A stretch of 64,000 bases of DNA from Dictyostelium discoideum (Eukaryota), in NCBI GenBank assembly GCA_000004695.1, contig CM000151.3:8032001-8096000 (forward strand). The letters run 5' to 3'. The notes under the pieces were generated by a model. The model had not been told where the DNA came from. It worked only from the letters and a program-made list of their open reading frames with translations, and searched no databases. Below are positions 33,728 through 47,827 of the stretch, in pieces. Position 1 is the first letter of the stretch. Each line of letters begins with the position of its first letter. Position numbers and translations under genes: made by a program.

Positions 33728-34557
33728 TGTTAGCTACATTGAATTTTGGTTTTATGTGCTTTTGGTGGTATTTAAAAAATAAAAAAAAAAAAAAGGATAA
33801 TTTAATATGGTGAGTGTGGTGGTGTGTTAAAGTTGTTTGTGGTAATGTGTGCTTTTTGTGTGTGAGTGTGTGTGTGTGAGATATAGTGTGTATTATTTTT
33901 TTATTTTTATTATTTTTTAATTTATTTTTTTTTTATTTTTTTTTTGAATGTAATTACATATTTGTTTTTTTGTTGTTTCAAAATTGCCTTTTTATTATTT
34001 TTATTATTATTTTTTTAAAAAAAAACCAAAAAAATAACAGCTAAAAAAAAATACCAAAAACATATAATTTTTATTTTTATTTTTATTTTTTTTTTTTTTT
34101 ATTTTCCACTTTTTTATTATTATCATTATTTTTATTATTATAATTATTAAATTTGCAAACTATATTTTCTAAAGTTCACCATAAAAAATAAAATAAAAAA
34201 CATCCAAATCCTTTCAAAATACAACAATTTTCAAAAATTTTTTTCATTATTCCAAAAACATTTTTGATTTAATTATTAATATATTTTTATTTTATTTATT
34301 TTTTTTTTTTTTTAAATTTTATAATTATTTTTTTTTTATTTTTTTTTTAAAAAAAAATAAAAATTGTAAATTTGTAAAACTTAAAGTAGTTTAAAGTAGT
34401 CTCATTTAATTTTATTTTCTTTAAAAAAAAAAAAAAAAAAAAAAATAATTCCTAACTTTTTTTTTTTTATTATTTCTTAAATCCCATTTTTCCAAAAGTA
34501 AAAAAAATTTTCCAATATTTTTTTTTTTAAAATAAATTATACAAAAAAAAAAAAAAA

Positions 34558-36726
<2,169 letters not shown>

Positions 36727-36733
<7 letters not shown>

Positions 36734-36734
36734 G

Positions 36735-36786
<52 letters not shown>

Positions 36787-36790
36787 AAAA
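36727..36790. repeat. Poly(A) tract of about 60 nt between the convergent cyclin-box and nubp1 genes
   Basis: Homopolymer directly after the cyclin-box gene stop. Confidence 0.9.
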
Positions 36791-36927
36791 CTAAACCAAA
36801 CCAAAGACTTTGTAAATAAAAACTTTAAATAAAAGTGATATATAATGAATTTTAATTTTTTTTTAAAATATCTTTTTAATTTTAATTTTTATTTTTATTT
36901 TTTTAAAAATATTTTCTTTTTTTATTT

Positions 36928-38071
36928 TTATTTACTATTATTAACAATTTCCTTAATTTCTATAATTTTTTAATAAAAAAATAAAATAAAAAAGTTTATT
37001 AGTTTATATATATATATATTTTTTGAAAAAAAAAACTTACTATTAAAAATTAAATTATATTGTTTTGTTGCTTCAGAATTTGGATGAGTTATTAAATAAC
37101 TTTTACCTTCATCACAAGAACGTGCAATTAATGGATCAATAGGTATACGACCCAAGAATGGTACATTCATATCTTGTGACATTTTTTCAGCACCACCAGT
37201 TGTTGGAATGAAAATTTGAGATTCTTTATTACATTTTGGACATACGAAACCAGACATATTCTCAACGACACCAATGATTGGAACACCCACTTTTTTACAG
37301 AAATTAATTTCCTTTCTGACATCGATTAATGCTACATCTTGTGGTGAAGTAACGATTACAGCACCTGATAAATTGGAAGTTTTCAAATATTGTACAATTG
37401 ATAAATGTTCGTCAGATGTGCCAGGTGGTGTATCGATGACAAGGTAATCCAAATCATTCCAATAAACATCTTTAAGGAATTGTTTAATTATACCATTCTT
37501 TTTTGGACCTCTCCAAATCACTGCATCCTCTTCTTTCTCCAATAGGAATCCGACTGACATCACTGCTAAATTGTCTTGAACATAAACTGGATCCCAGCCT
37601 TGACCACTGATATGAATGTTTTCACCCTCTAATCCCATTATCTTTGGTATCGATGGTCCACAAATATCAATATCCAATAATCCAACTTCAACTTTTTCAT
37701 CCATTGATAATGCAAAACTAAGTTGTGATGAAAATGTACTCTTTCCAACTCCACCTTTACCTGATAATACTAATATCTTATTTTTAACTGTTTTCATTCT
37801 TTCTTCAATTTCTATAATATCTGGATCTGGTCCTTTTGGTGCTGTTGCACAAATTTGCTTTAAAAAAAAAAAACAAAAAAAAAAAAAAAAACAAAAAATA
37901 AAAATTAAAAAATAAAAAAAATTAATATATTATATATAAATTTATATAATGTATTAATATCTAGAAACTTACTTGGTTTGGACAACCAGCGCATGCAGCT
38001 GATTTACCACTCATTTCACTTTGTGTACCAGGACAATTTTCTGGTGGTGGTGCAACTAATTGATCTGACAT
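36928..38071 (-). CDS. nubp1: Cytosolic Fe-S cluster assembly ATPase NUBP1/Nbp35. Structure is complement(join(36928..36959,37041..37857,37973..38071)), 315 aa.
   Basis: Exon 1 encodes [33 protein letters not shown], the N-terminal Cys cluster, then GTAAGT. Exon 2 encodes [40 protein letters not shown] (P-loop)...CPKC. Exon 3 encodes [10 protein letters not shown], which matches the metazoan IQEFCNLHQSK tail. Confidence 0.85.
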
Positions 38072-38140
38072 TTCTTTTTTATATATTTTTTTATTATTTT
38101 ACAAAAATTATTATTTCTCTATTTATTGGGTAAATAAGAA

Positions 38141-38171
<31 letters not shown>

Positions 38172-38206
38172 GTTGAAAAGATTTTTTAAAATTAAAAAAT
38201 AAAAAA

Positions 38207-38245
<39 letters not shown>

Positions 38246-38249
38246 ATTT

Positions 38250-38283
<34 letters not shown>

Positions 38284-38409
38284 GGTTGTTGGTTTTGATA
38301 CCACATCATTTTTTACTCATCAAAGAATCTACATATTGTACATTATTTTATACATTTATATATTTTTATTCATCAAAGTAATATTATAATAAAAATAAAT
38401 ATATATTAA

Positions 38410-38878
<469 letters not shown>

Positions 38879-39307
38879 AAAACTTATAAATTATAAAAAA
38901 TAAAAATAAAAAATAATAATAATAATATAAAATATCAAGAGTTTAATATTTTTTTTATCAATCTCTTCAATGTACATATTTTCATTTTAAATTTATTGAA
39001 ATTTTAAAATTGGTTTAGATTTAAAAATTATTAAAGATTCATCAATTAAAAAAAAAAAAAAATAAAAAAAAAAAAAATAAAAAATAATATTATTAAAAAA
39101 AAAAAAATAAAAAAAAAATAAAAAAAAAAATAGGATTGATTTTAATCAATGTATTTTTATTTTATTGATTTGTAATTTCCATTAAAAAAGTTTCAACTGG
39201 ACGAGATAATTTACAATAGTCATGACAATAATCAGAGATAATTCTTGGATTTGTTAAAGAGGAATAATTTGAATTATTTGAACTATATTCAACATTTGTA
39301 GTTAAAT

Positions 39308-40669
39308 TTAATTGTTGAATATAGGTTGCACCATTATTTTACTGAATGCATTTCTATTGAAAACATTATCATGTTTTGCACCATTATAAGGTATCCATAA
39401 ACCTTCACAATAGAATTCTATTTGACTATGACAACCACAATCGGATATTGTAAAACCATCATCATCATCGGTATTTTCTAGTTTTCTAAATGATTTCTCA
39501 TGAATACTTCTACCACTAATATAACGAGTTGGTATATTATTATAACGAGTGATTGATGAAAAGAATGTACTAAAACTTCAAATCCGGTTTCCATAGATTT
39601 CAGTGCTTTTTGAGTACCAAATTTTACATTATAAACCATATGTTTCTTTATAAATAATGAAACTCTATAACAAAAACATAAAATTGATTCTTTTGTACCA
39701 TCATCGAATCTAATTGGTTCCAATTGATATTTTCTAATGAATTCTTGAAATTCAACTGAATCATGGTTACATAATTCGTCAGGTTTTGTATAAATAAATA
39801 TTTCTTGTTCTGAAATTGGTGTATATTCAACCTCTTCATCGTCATCATCATCAACTTCTTCCAATGCATTTGAATACATTTCAGCTTCAGTAATATGATA
39901 TACTGAAAAATTAAAACTATCATTATTATTATAATTTGATAAAATTGGTGGATTTGAATAATAAATTTTATAACATGGATATAAATTTGTAAGAATTTCA
40001 TTTGAATCGATTATTCTATTTGTTGATTCACAATGTAAATAAAATTTACTTGATGTAATATGTTGAGTTTGTATTGATTGTGGTTTATGCATATAAATAA
40101 TAAATTTGTTTAGTTGATTTAAATCTGGTTGATGGATGATTTTATTTTTTTTGATGTTTTTGTTTTCAAATGTCCATGTTTTCTTTACAGTATATCTAAT
40201 TGAAAATTTATAATTTCTATTAACTTTAAATCTTCTATTACACATTCTCTTGTGAGTTTCATGGTCATTCATTAATTCATCTATTGTTGGAATTTCTTTT
40301 GGTAATTTATATATCACTCTTTTTATATCTATAATATGAATTAACTGGAAATTGTGATACAATATCTCTTCCAACAATATTTGTAATTTGCATATTATTA
40401 TACATTAATTTTGAATATGTTAAATAAATAGGTTGTTTTTCTTTTTTTTCTTTTTTTTCTTTTTGTTGTTGTTGTTGTTGTGGATGTGGGTGTGGTTGTG
40501 ATGAATAGGTTGCTTTATTTTTTACAGTATATGAATAAGATGGAGGTGGTGAGTAAATTGGTGAGGATGAAACTGATAATGATTTTAATTTTTTAGTTAG
40601 TAATGATGTTTCTTGTTGTCGTTGGTGTTGTGATTGGGTTTCAATATTTGCCAATTGTTTTGGTAGTTT

Positions 40670-40722
<53 letters not shown>

Positions 40723-40807
40723 CTTGTTGTTGTTGTTCTTGTTGTTGTTGTTCTTGTTCACTTTGATAAGATTTTGATAAATTATTTAAAAAACTATTAT
40801 CATCCAA
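39308..40807 (-). pseudogene. Poly-Q-containing gene of unknown function, disrupted by two single-nucleotide homopolymer frameshifts. Either a pseudogene or assembly errors.
   Basis: Three consecutive open frames: 40807-40307 (MDDNSFLNNL...poly-Q...YRYKKSDI*), 40377-39478 (..VIYKLPKEIPTIDELMNDHETHKRM...GTQKALKSMETGFEV...), and a third to 39308 (..SITRYNNIPTRYISGRSIHEKSFRKLENTDDDDGFTISDCGCHSQIEFYCEGLWIPYNGAKHDNVFNRNAFSK..). The frame changes coincide with a T5 run at 40311-40315 and an A4 run at 39558-39561. No GT..AG intron of plausible size explains them. Confidence 0.45.
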
Positions 40808-41989
40808 ATAAATTTCTAAATATAATAATGTTGTTAATTAAGAGGTCTGTCTAACGAAAAAATCATTTAATTTAATTTTATTACAATACCTTTAATCTTG
40901 TCACAATAATTTGAAACTGATTCATTTAATCTTGATGAGTTTTCATATAAATTATTAAACTCTTTTTTTAATAGTACATAATTTGGATCCATTATAAGTT
41001 TTTTTTTTAAAGTGGGTCTGAAAATTGACACATGATTTTTTTTTTCCAATCTTTCTACTATTTTAAAAAAAAAAAAAAAAAAAAAACTTAGAACGATTTT
41101 TATTTTTTATTTATAATTAAAAGATATATTCCCTCTCGTTGTTCCTCAAAATAAAAAAACCAATTACAAAAAATGGATGGTAAATAAAATTTTAAAATTA
41201 AAATTTTTGATAAAAAAAAAAAAAAAAAAAAAGAATGGTTTTAAAAAATTTTTTTTTAATTCTTTTTTTAATTCTTTTATTTTTTTAAAAACTTATATTA
41301 AGGAACATCAAAAAAAAAAAAAAAAAGTTAAAAAACAATTTTAATGCTTTTTTTTTAAAAAAATAAAAAAAAAAAATTAAAAAAAGAATTTTCTTTCTCA
41401 AAATAAATTCTTATTAATTAAATTAGTTATGTTTTTTTTTTTTATTGGATTGTTTGATTAGATTTTTTTTTTTTTTTTTACATTTGAATAATTTGATGCA
41501 TGTGGGTATTTTTTATTTACATTTTCTATTGGGAAATTATTTATTTGATTTGTAATATCATTCAACTGAACATTAAAAAAAAAAAAAAAAAAAAAATGAA
41601 AATAATACTTTAGTTTATCAATAAAAAAAATAAATAAAACTTCAATAAAAATAAAAATAAAAAATAAAAATATAAAATAAAAAAAAACATACTTTTTTTT
41701 TATATCTAATATCACTTTGGCGTCTCTATTTTTGTATACTTAATTCATATTAAAATCATTGTTAAAAAAAAAAAAAAAATCAAAAAAAATCAAGAAAAAT
41801 CAAAAAAATAAAATGAAAAAAAATAATACTTTAGTTTATCAATAAAAAAAATTAATTTATTAAATAATACAACATTAACCAATAAAAACAAAAAAAACAT
41901 ACAATTTTTTTTCTTTAGTTTTATTTTTTTTTATTTTTTTTTTTTTTTATTTTTTTTTTTTTTACTTAAACCTGGGAGATGACCAAAAA

Positions 41990-43570
41990 AGGAAAAAAAC
42001 AATTAATTTAAAAAAAAACCGTATTATGAGCATAGTGCAATATAAAGTTGCAGAATAGCTAAAATTCTATTTGACCAAAAATTTTGGAAACGATATGAGG
42101 TGTTAATTTAATTTTATTATCCCTATTTTTTAATTTTGGAGATTTGTTTTTCTATTTTTTTTAATTAATAAAAAAATAAAAAAAAAATATATAACAAACT
42201 TTTACCCGTAGTAGGCCGCTGACCGCTAGCTGGTGGTAGATGGTCCTTTTCAAACTCATGTTGGGAATTATAAAAATATAAAAAAAAAATATAAAAACCA
42301 AAAAGATTTTTTTTTTTTTTTTTTTTTTAATACAATTAATATGGCCCTTAATTTAATTTTATTTTCCCTATTAGGAGATTTAATTTTTCTAATAAAAAAA
42401 ATTTTAAAAAAAAATATAATAAATCAAACCTATGTTTCGGAATTATAAAAATAAAAAAAAAATAAAAACTAAATTGATTATTTTTTTTTTTTTAACTAAT
42501 TTCTATTTAAAAGGTTTTTTTTTTTTTTATTTTTTGGATTATTATTTATTTTAACTTATATATATATAGAATAAATAATACTTTTAATTAATTAGATGGA
42601 TAAAATTAAAAATAATAATGAAAGTAATAATTTTAAATATTGTAAAGATTATAATATAAAAGAATTATTATTAAAAAGATTAAAATTAGATATCAACACA
42701 AAAATTCAAACTTTGGATGATATCTCAAAAATTCTTATTGTGTTTTCAAGGAAAATACCCTTTGATAGTTCTGATTTATTATTAAATGGATTTAAACCAC
42801 CTTTTTCAGTTGAAAATATTATAAAAAGAGTTTTAATTGATAAATTTGGTAATTATTATTATATAATTATTGTTTTTTAATTGTTTTCTAACTTTTTAAT
42901 TTAAAAAATTTAAAGGTAGTTATTGTATAAATTTAAATATTTTATTTGGATTATTTTTATGTGAAATGGGTATTGATGTTAAATTGATAAAAGGTATTGA
43001 AGGATCAACTTTATTCCAAAATCCATGGTTTCAAAAACATCATAGTAATATTATAAATTGGGAGAATAAATTATATTACCTTGATGTTGGATTTGGTTGT
43101 ATTACACCATTTAAACCACTTGAATTATTAAATGAAGAAACCATTAAAAATTATAATGAAAATGAAAATAAAAATGAAATTACTAATACTGTATATAGAG
43201 TTAGAAAATTAAAAAATGATGATGATAATGATGAATATTTATATGAAGAAAAAATAATTGATAAAACAAAACCTCAAAATCAATTATTTAGTCCAGTTTT
43301 TCATTTTAATTTATCACCTGCGACATATGAAATAATTGAATACAGTATTGAACAATATTCAAAATTTGATGTTGATAAAGTACTTTTATTTAAATTATTT
43401 AAAAAAGGAGGTTACCATTTATTTAAAGATAAACTAATAATTAGTTATTATGATGACAAAAATAACAATCAAATTAAAGAAATTAATGATAATATTACAT
43501 TTAATAATTATTATAAAACATTATTTTATAAAAAAAATAAAAATATTTTTATAAAAATTTATTAATTTAA
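41990..43570. repeat. Tandem duplication unit 1 of the NAT locus. It includes two copies of a roughly 150-nt upstream element.
   Basis: The element ttaatttaattttattttccctattaggagatttgtttttctaat....atgtttcggaattataaa occurs at about 42090-42310 (with a GC-rich 50-nt insert) and at 42340-42480. It occurs once more at 44280-44440 in unit 2. Confidence 0.6.
42596..43565 (+). CDS. Arylamine N-acetyltransferase (NAT) family protein, copy 1. Structure is join(42596..42848,42916..43565), 300 aa.
   Basis: Exon 1 ends DKFG in phase 1 before GTAATT. A 67-nt intron follows. Exon 2 begins GSYCINLNILFGLFLCEMGIDVKL, the NAT catalytic-Cys region (RGG-x-C-x-x-N), and continues with the WENKLYYLDVGFG block. 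Confidence 0.65.
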
Positions 43571-44149
43571 TTAAAATTACAAATATTTATTTTTACTATT
43601 AGAAAAAAAAAATCTAACCAAACTATCTGTTGTGCTCAAAAAAGCGAATTTATATTTCGATATTTTTTGGGATCTAAAATGAAAAAAAAGTATTTTTTTT
43701 TTTTGGTCACCTTGGTTGGAAATAATTTCTCTGGCGGTTTTCGTGTTTTATTTTTATTTTTTTTTTTTTTTTCACACTTAATTTTTTTACTTTCATTTTT
43801 TATTTATTTTCTGTAATTAATTATACATTTTATTTAAAAAAAGAGATTGAAAAAAGATAGAAAAAAAAAAAAAAAAGAGAAATTAAATGTGATCATTTAT
43901 TAGTTAAACATAAAAAGATTTTTCAATTATATTATATAATATATTATAATTAATTAAACCTATAAAGATTTTTGATTATATAATATTATATTTTACAATT
44001 AAAAAAAAAAAATTAAAATATACTTTCATTAACCAATAAAAATAAAAATAAAAAAAACATACTTTTATTTTTTTATTTTTTTTTTTTTATATTTTTTATT
44101 ATATTTTTTTTTATATTTTTTTTTTTATTTTTTTTTTATTAACACACAC

Positions 44150-45560
44150 ATATAAAAGTAAAGGGAACCTGTGACCAAAAAAGAAAATTACATTATTAAG
44201 AGAAAACGACTTGTATTATGAGCATTAAGTATAAGAAAGCTAAAAATTTTATTTTGACCAAAAATTTTTTTTTTAATTCCCAAAAACAATATGGTGTGTT
44301 AATTAAATTTTATTTTCCCTATTAGGAGATTTGTTTTTTCTAATATAAAAAATTTTAAAAAAAATAACAAATCAAACTTATGTTTCGGAATTATAAATAT
44401 AAAAATAAAAAAATAAAAACCAAATTGATTTTTTTTTTTTTTTTTTTTTTAATAACTAATTTCTATTTAGGTTTTTTTTTTTTTTTTTTTTTTTTGGATG
44501 ATTATTTATTTTAACTTATATATATAGAATAAATAATACTTTTAATTAATTAGATGGATAAAATTAAAAATAATAATGAAAGTAATAATTTTAAATATTG
44601 TAAAGATTATAATATAAAAGAATTATTATTAAAAAGATTAAAATTAGATATCAACACAAAAATTCAAACTTTGGATGATATCTCAAAAATTCATATTGTA
44701 TTTTCAAGGAAAATACCCTTTGATAATTCTGATTTATTAATAAATGGATTTAAACCACCTTTTTCAGTTGAAAATATTATAAAAAGAGTTTTAATTGATA
44801 AATTTGGTAATTATTATTATTAAATTACTATTTTTTTAAAAAAGTAAACAATTATTTTCTAAATTTTAATTTAAAAAAAAATAAAAAAATAAAATAAAAT
44901 TAAAAGGTAGTTATTGTACAAATTTAAATATTTTATTTGGATTATTTTTATGTGAAATGGGTATTGATGTTAGATTGATAAAAGGTATTGAAGGATCAAC
45001 ATTATTAAAAAGTCCATGGTTTCACAACCATTTTAGTAATATTATATATTGGGAGAATAAATTATATTACCTTGATGTTGGATTTGGTTGTATTACACCA
45101 TTTAAACCACTTGAATTATTAAATGAAGAAACTATTAAAAATTATAATGAAAATGAAAATAAAAATGAAATTAATAAAACTGTATATAGAGTTAGAAAAT
45201 TAAAAAATGATGATGATGATGATGAATATTTATATGAAGAAAAATTTATTGATAAAATCAAACCTCAAAATCCATTATTTAGTCCAGTTTTTCATTTTAA
45301 TTTATCACCTGTTACATATGAAATAATTGAATATAGAGTTGAACCATATTCAAAATTTGATGTTGATAAAGTAATTTTAATTAAATTATTTAAAAAAGGA
45401 AGTTACCATTTATTTAAAGATAAACTAATAATTGATTATTATGATAATAATAAAAATCAAATTAAAGAAATTAACGATAATATTACATTTAATAATTATT
45501 ATAAAACATTATTTTATAAAAAAAATAAAAGTATTTTTATAAAAATTTATTAATTTAATT
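44150..45560. repeat. Tandem duplication unit 2 of the NAT locus
   Basis: Collinear with unit 1: upstream element, two-exon NAT gene, then the shared 3' flank ttaatttaattaaaattacaaatat. Confidence 0.6.
44554..45553 (+). CDS. Arylamine N-acetyltransferase family protein, copy 2 (tandem paralog). Structure is join(44554..44806,44907..45553), 299 aa.
   Basis: About 90 percent identical to copy 1 at the protein level. Same intron position (44807..44906). Confidence 0.65.
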
Positions 45561-45666
45561 AAAATTACAAATATATATTTTTACTATTATTATTGTTATT
45601 GTTATTATTATTATTATTATTTTTTTTTTTTTTTTTTTTTTTTTTTATTATTATTATTTTTTAAAA

Positions 45667-47208
45667 TTAATTTTGAATTATTTCTTCATCATTATCTTTA
45701 AATGGTTCATAATTATTATTTTCATTATCTTCATTATTAAATTCATTATAATCTGAAGAATTTATACCTTGATTTTCAATTAATGGTTTTAATAAATTTG
45801 AATATTGAGGATTTTCAATAGTTTCTTCACAATCATCAGATTGTTTAAAACTTCTACCAGTGATTTTTGCTAAGATGTTTCTAAAGATTGTACCCCAATT
45901 TTCACGAAGTAATTGATATAAAATGATAGAGACAAAAGTGGAAACACCAATTGCATCAATTTTAATTTTACCCCATTCAACATTTACACTAATCATACCA
46001 GTACCTAAAACAATTGAAATACCGGCAGTTAAAAGATTTCTTGGTTTTGAAAAATCAACTTGAGAATTAATCCAAAGTTTTGCACCAGTTATAGCAGTGA
46101 TACCAAATAAAACAATTGATAAACCACCGAAAATACCTGGAGGTATAGTTTGAACGATTGCGCCGAAAATTGGTAAACATCCCAACACAATTGCGATACA
46201 TGCAGCAAATACGAATGAAAGGGTTGAGAAAATCTTTGTTATACTCATTACACCAATGTTTTCAGCGTAGGTTGTTGTACCAGAACTACCAAAGAATCCG
46301 GCTAAAATACATGCCAATGCATCACCTATAAAAGTTCTACCCAATAAATTATCCATACTATATTCAGTCATTGATGAAACCGCTTTTAAGTGACCAATAT
46401 TCTCTGCAGCTAAAATTACGGCAACAGGTGCAATCATTGAAATGTAAGTTGAATCGAATGATGGTAAATGAGTTTGTGGTAAACCAATCCATTTTGCATC
46501 ACTTACTACACTAAAATCAATACCTGGTCCAACACCTCCCAATCCACATAATAAATAAACTACATATGATACAACCCCACCAATTAAAATGGGTAATCTT
46601 TTCAAAGGGCCAGGTGCATAACATGTAATCATCACTACCAAAAGTATGGTTAATGCAGCCATCCATGCATCAAATCCTGTGGTTGCAGCTTGACCAACTG
46701 CTGAATTTGCTAAATGGAGACCAATGGAAACGATAACGGATCCAGTTACAACGGGTGGTGTTAAAAATTCAATCCATGCATGACCTGCAACCATTACAAG
46801 CAATCCAATGGCTAAATAAATAAATCCACAAACTACAATACCACCTGCTGCTGGAGAAATGTTTGGATTCGTTGTACCAGGTGAATAAATATATCCAGTG
46901 GCTGAATTAACAACTCCAATGAATGCAAAAGATGATCCTAAATATGACGGTACCTTACCTCCAGTGCATACATAGAATATCAATGTACCAACACCAGAGA
47001 AAAATAATGCTGAATTTGTACTAAATCCCATCAATAATGGGCATAAAATATTACCTCCAAACATTGCTAAAATATGTTGAAATGATAAAAAAAATGATGG
47101 TATAATTGGTATTCTTTCATCTGGCATAATAGGTATATCACTAGTATTTTTTAATTTATATTTTGGAAAATAATCCAAAATCATTATTTTTATATTTTCC
47201 CACATCAT
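45667..47208 (-). CDS. Nucleobase:cation symporter-2 (NCS2) family permease of the uracil/xanthine permease type, 513 aa, no intron
   Basis: FQHILAMFGGNILCPLLMG signature (compare UraA QHLFAMFGATVLVP). There are multiple Gly-rich TM segments. The ORF is continuous. Confidence 0.7.
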   Translation of the reverse strand: MMWENIKIMILDYFPKYKLKNTSDIPIMPDERIPIIPSFFLSFQHILAMFGGNILCPLLMGFSTNSALFFSGVGTLIFYVCTGGKVPSYLGSSFAFIGVVNSATGYIYSPGTTNPNISPAAGGIVVCGFIYLAIGLLVMVAGHAWIEFLTPPVVTGSVIVSIGLHLANSAVGQAATTGFDAWMAALTILLVVMITCYAPGPLKRLPILIGGVVSYVVYLLCGLGGVGPGIDFSVVSDAKWIGLPQTHLPSFDSTYISMIAPVAVILAAENIGHLKAVSSMTEYSMDNLLGRTFIGDALACILAGFFGSSGTTTYAENIGVMSITKIFSTLSFVFAACIAIVLGCLPIFGAIVQTIPPGIFGGLSIVLFGITAITGAKLWINSQVDFSKPRNLLTAGISIVLGTGMISVNVEWGKIKIDAIGVSTFVSIILYQLLRENWGTIFRNILAKITGRSFKQSDDCEETIENPQYSNLLKPLIENQGINSSDYNEFNNEDNENNNYEPFKDNDEEIIQN

Positions 47209-47324
47209 TTTTTCTTATTTATAATATATAAAATATAAATATATATATAAAATTTATATTATTTATATTTATTATTTTTTTTTTTTTTTTGATGTTGATA
47301 TCTTTTTAACAGGGTTTTGAAGTG

Positions 47325-47383
<59 letters not shown>

Positions 47384-47827
47384 TATATCTTTTTAACAGG
47401 GTCTTGGAGTGAAAAAAAAAAAAAAAATAATAATAATGCCGATGACGAAAAAAGTTTTATAAGTTTATAAAGCTCGGATAAAAAATCTTTTGACGGGCTT
47501 GTTTTGAAATTAAAATAATAAAAATAAAAACCTGGTATTCATTTTTTTTTATTTTATTTTTAATATTTTTAAATTGTTTTTTTTTTTTTTTTTTTTTTTT
47601 TAAGATATTTGCAAAACACCAAACCTGACAAAAAAAAAAAAAAAATATTTTCATTTTTTTTTTTTAGCAACTGAATAATTTTATTTATTTTTAATGTGGA
47701 TTTAGTTTTCAGAAATAGAGGATTAAAAAAATAAACAAAATGATATAAAATATAAACAAAATTAAAGTATACATTCTGATCTAAATTTTTTTTTTTTTTT
47801 TTTTATAATTATTATTATTATTTTATT

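Noticed and set aside
33806-33900. ATGgtgagt at 33806 as a possible upstream start exon for the cyclin-box gene
   Set aside because: The cyclin ORF has its own well-contexted ATG at 34558. A 750-nt first intron would be exceptional. It is kept only as part of the spacer-island finding.
40867-41049. 60-aa ORF MEKKNHVSIFRPTLKKK...
   Set aside because: It is short and low-complexity, with no recognisable family and no splice context. It is more likely UTR or spacer.
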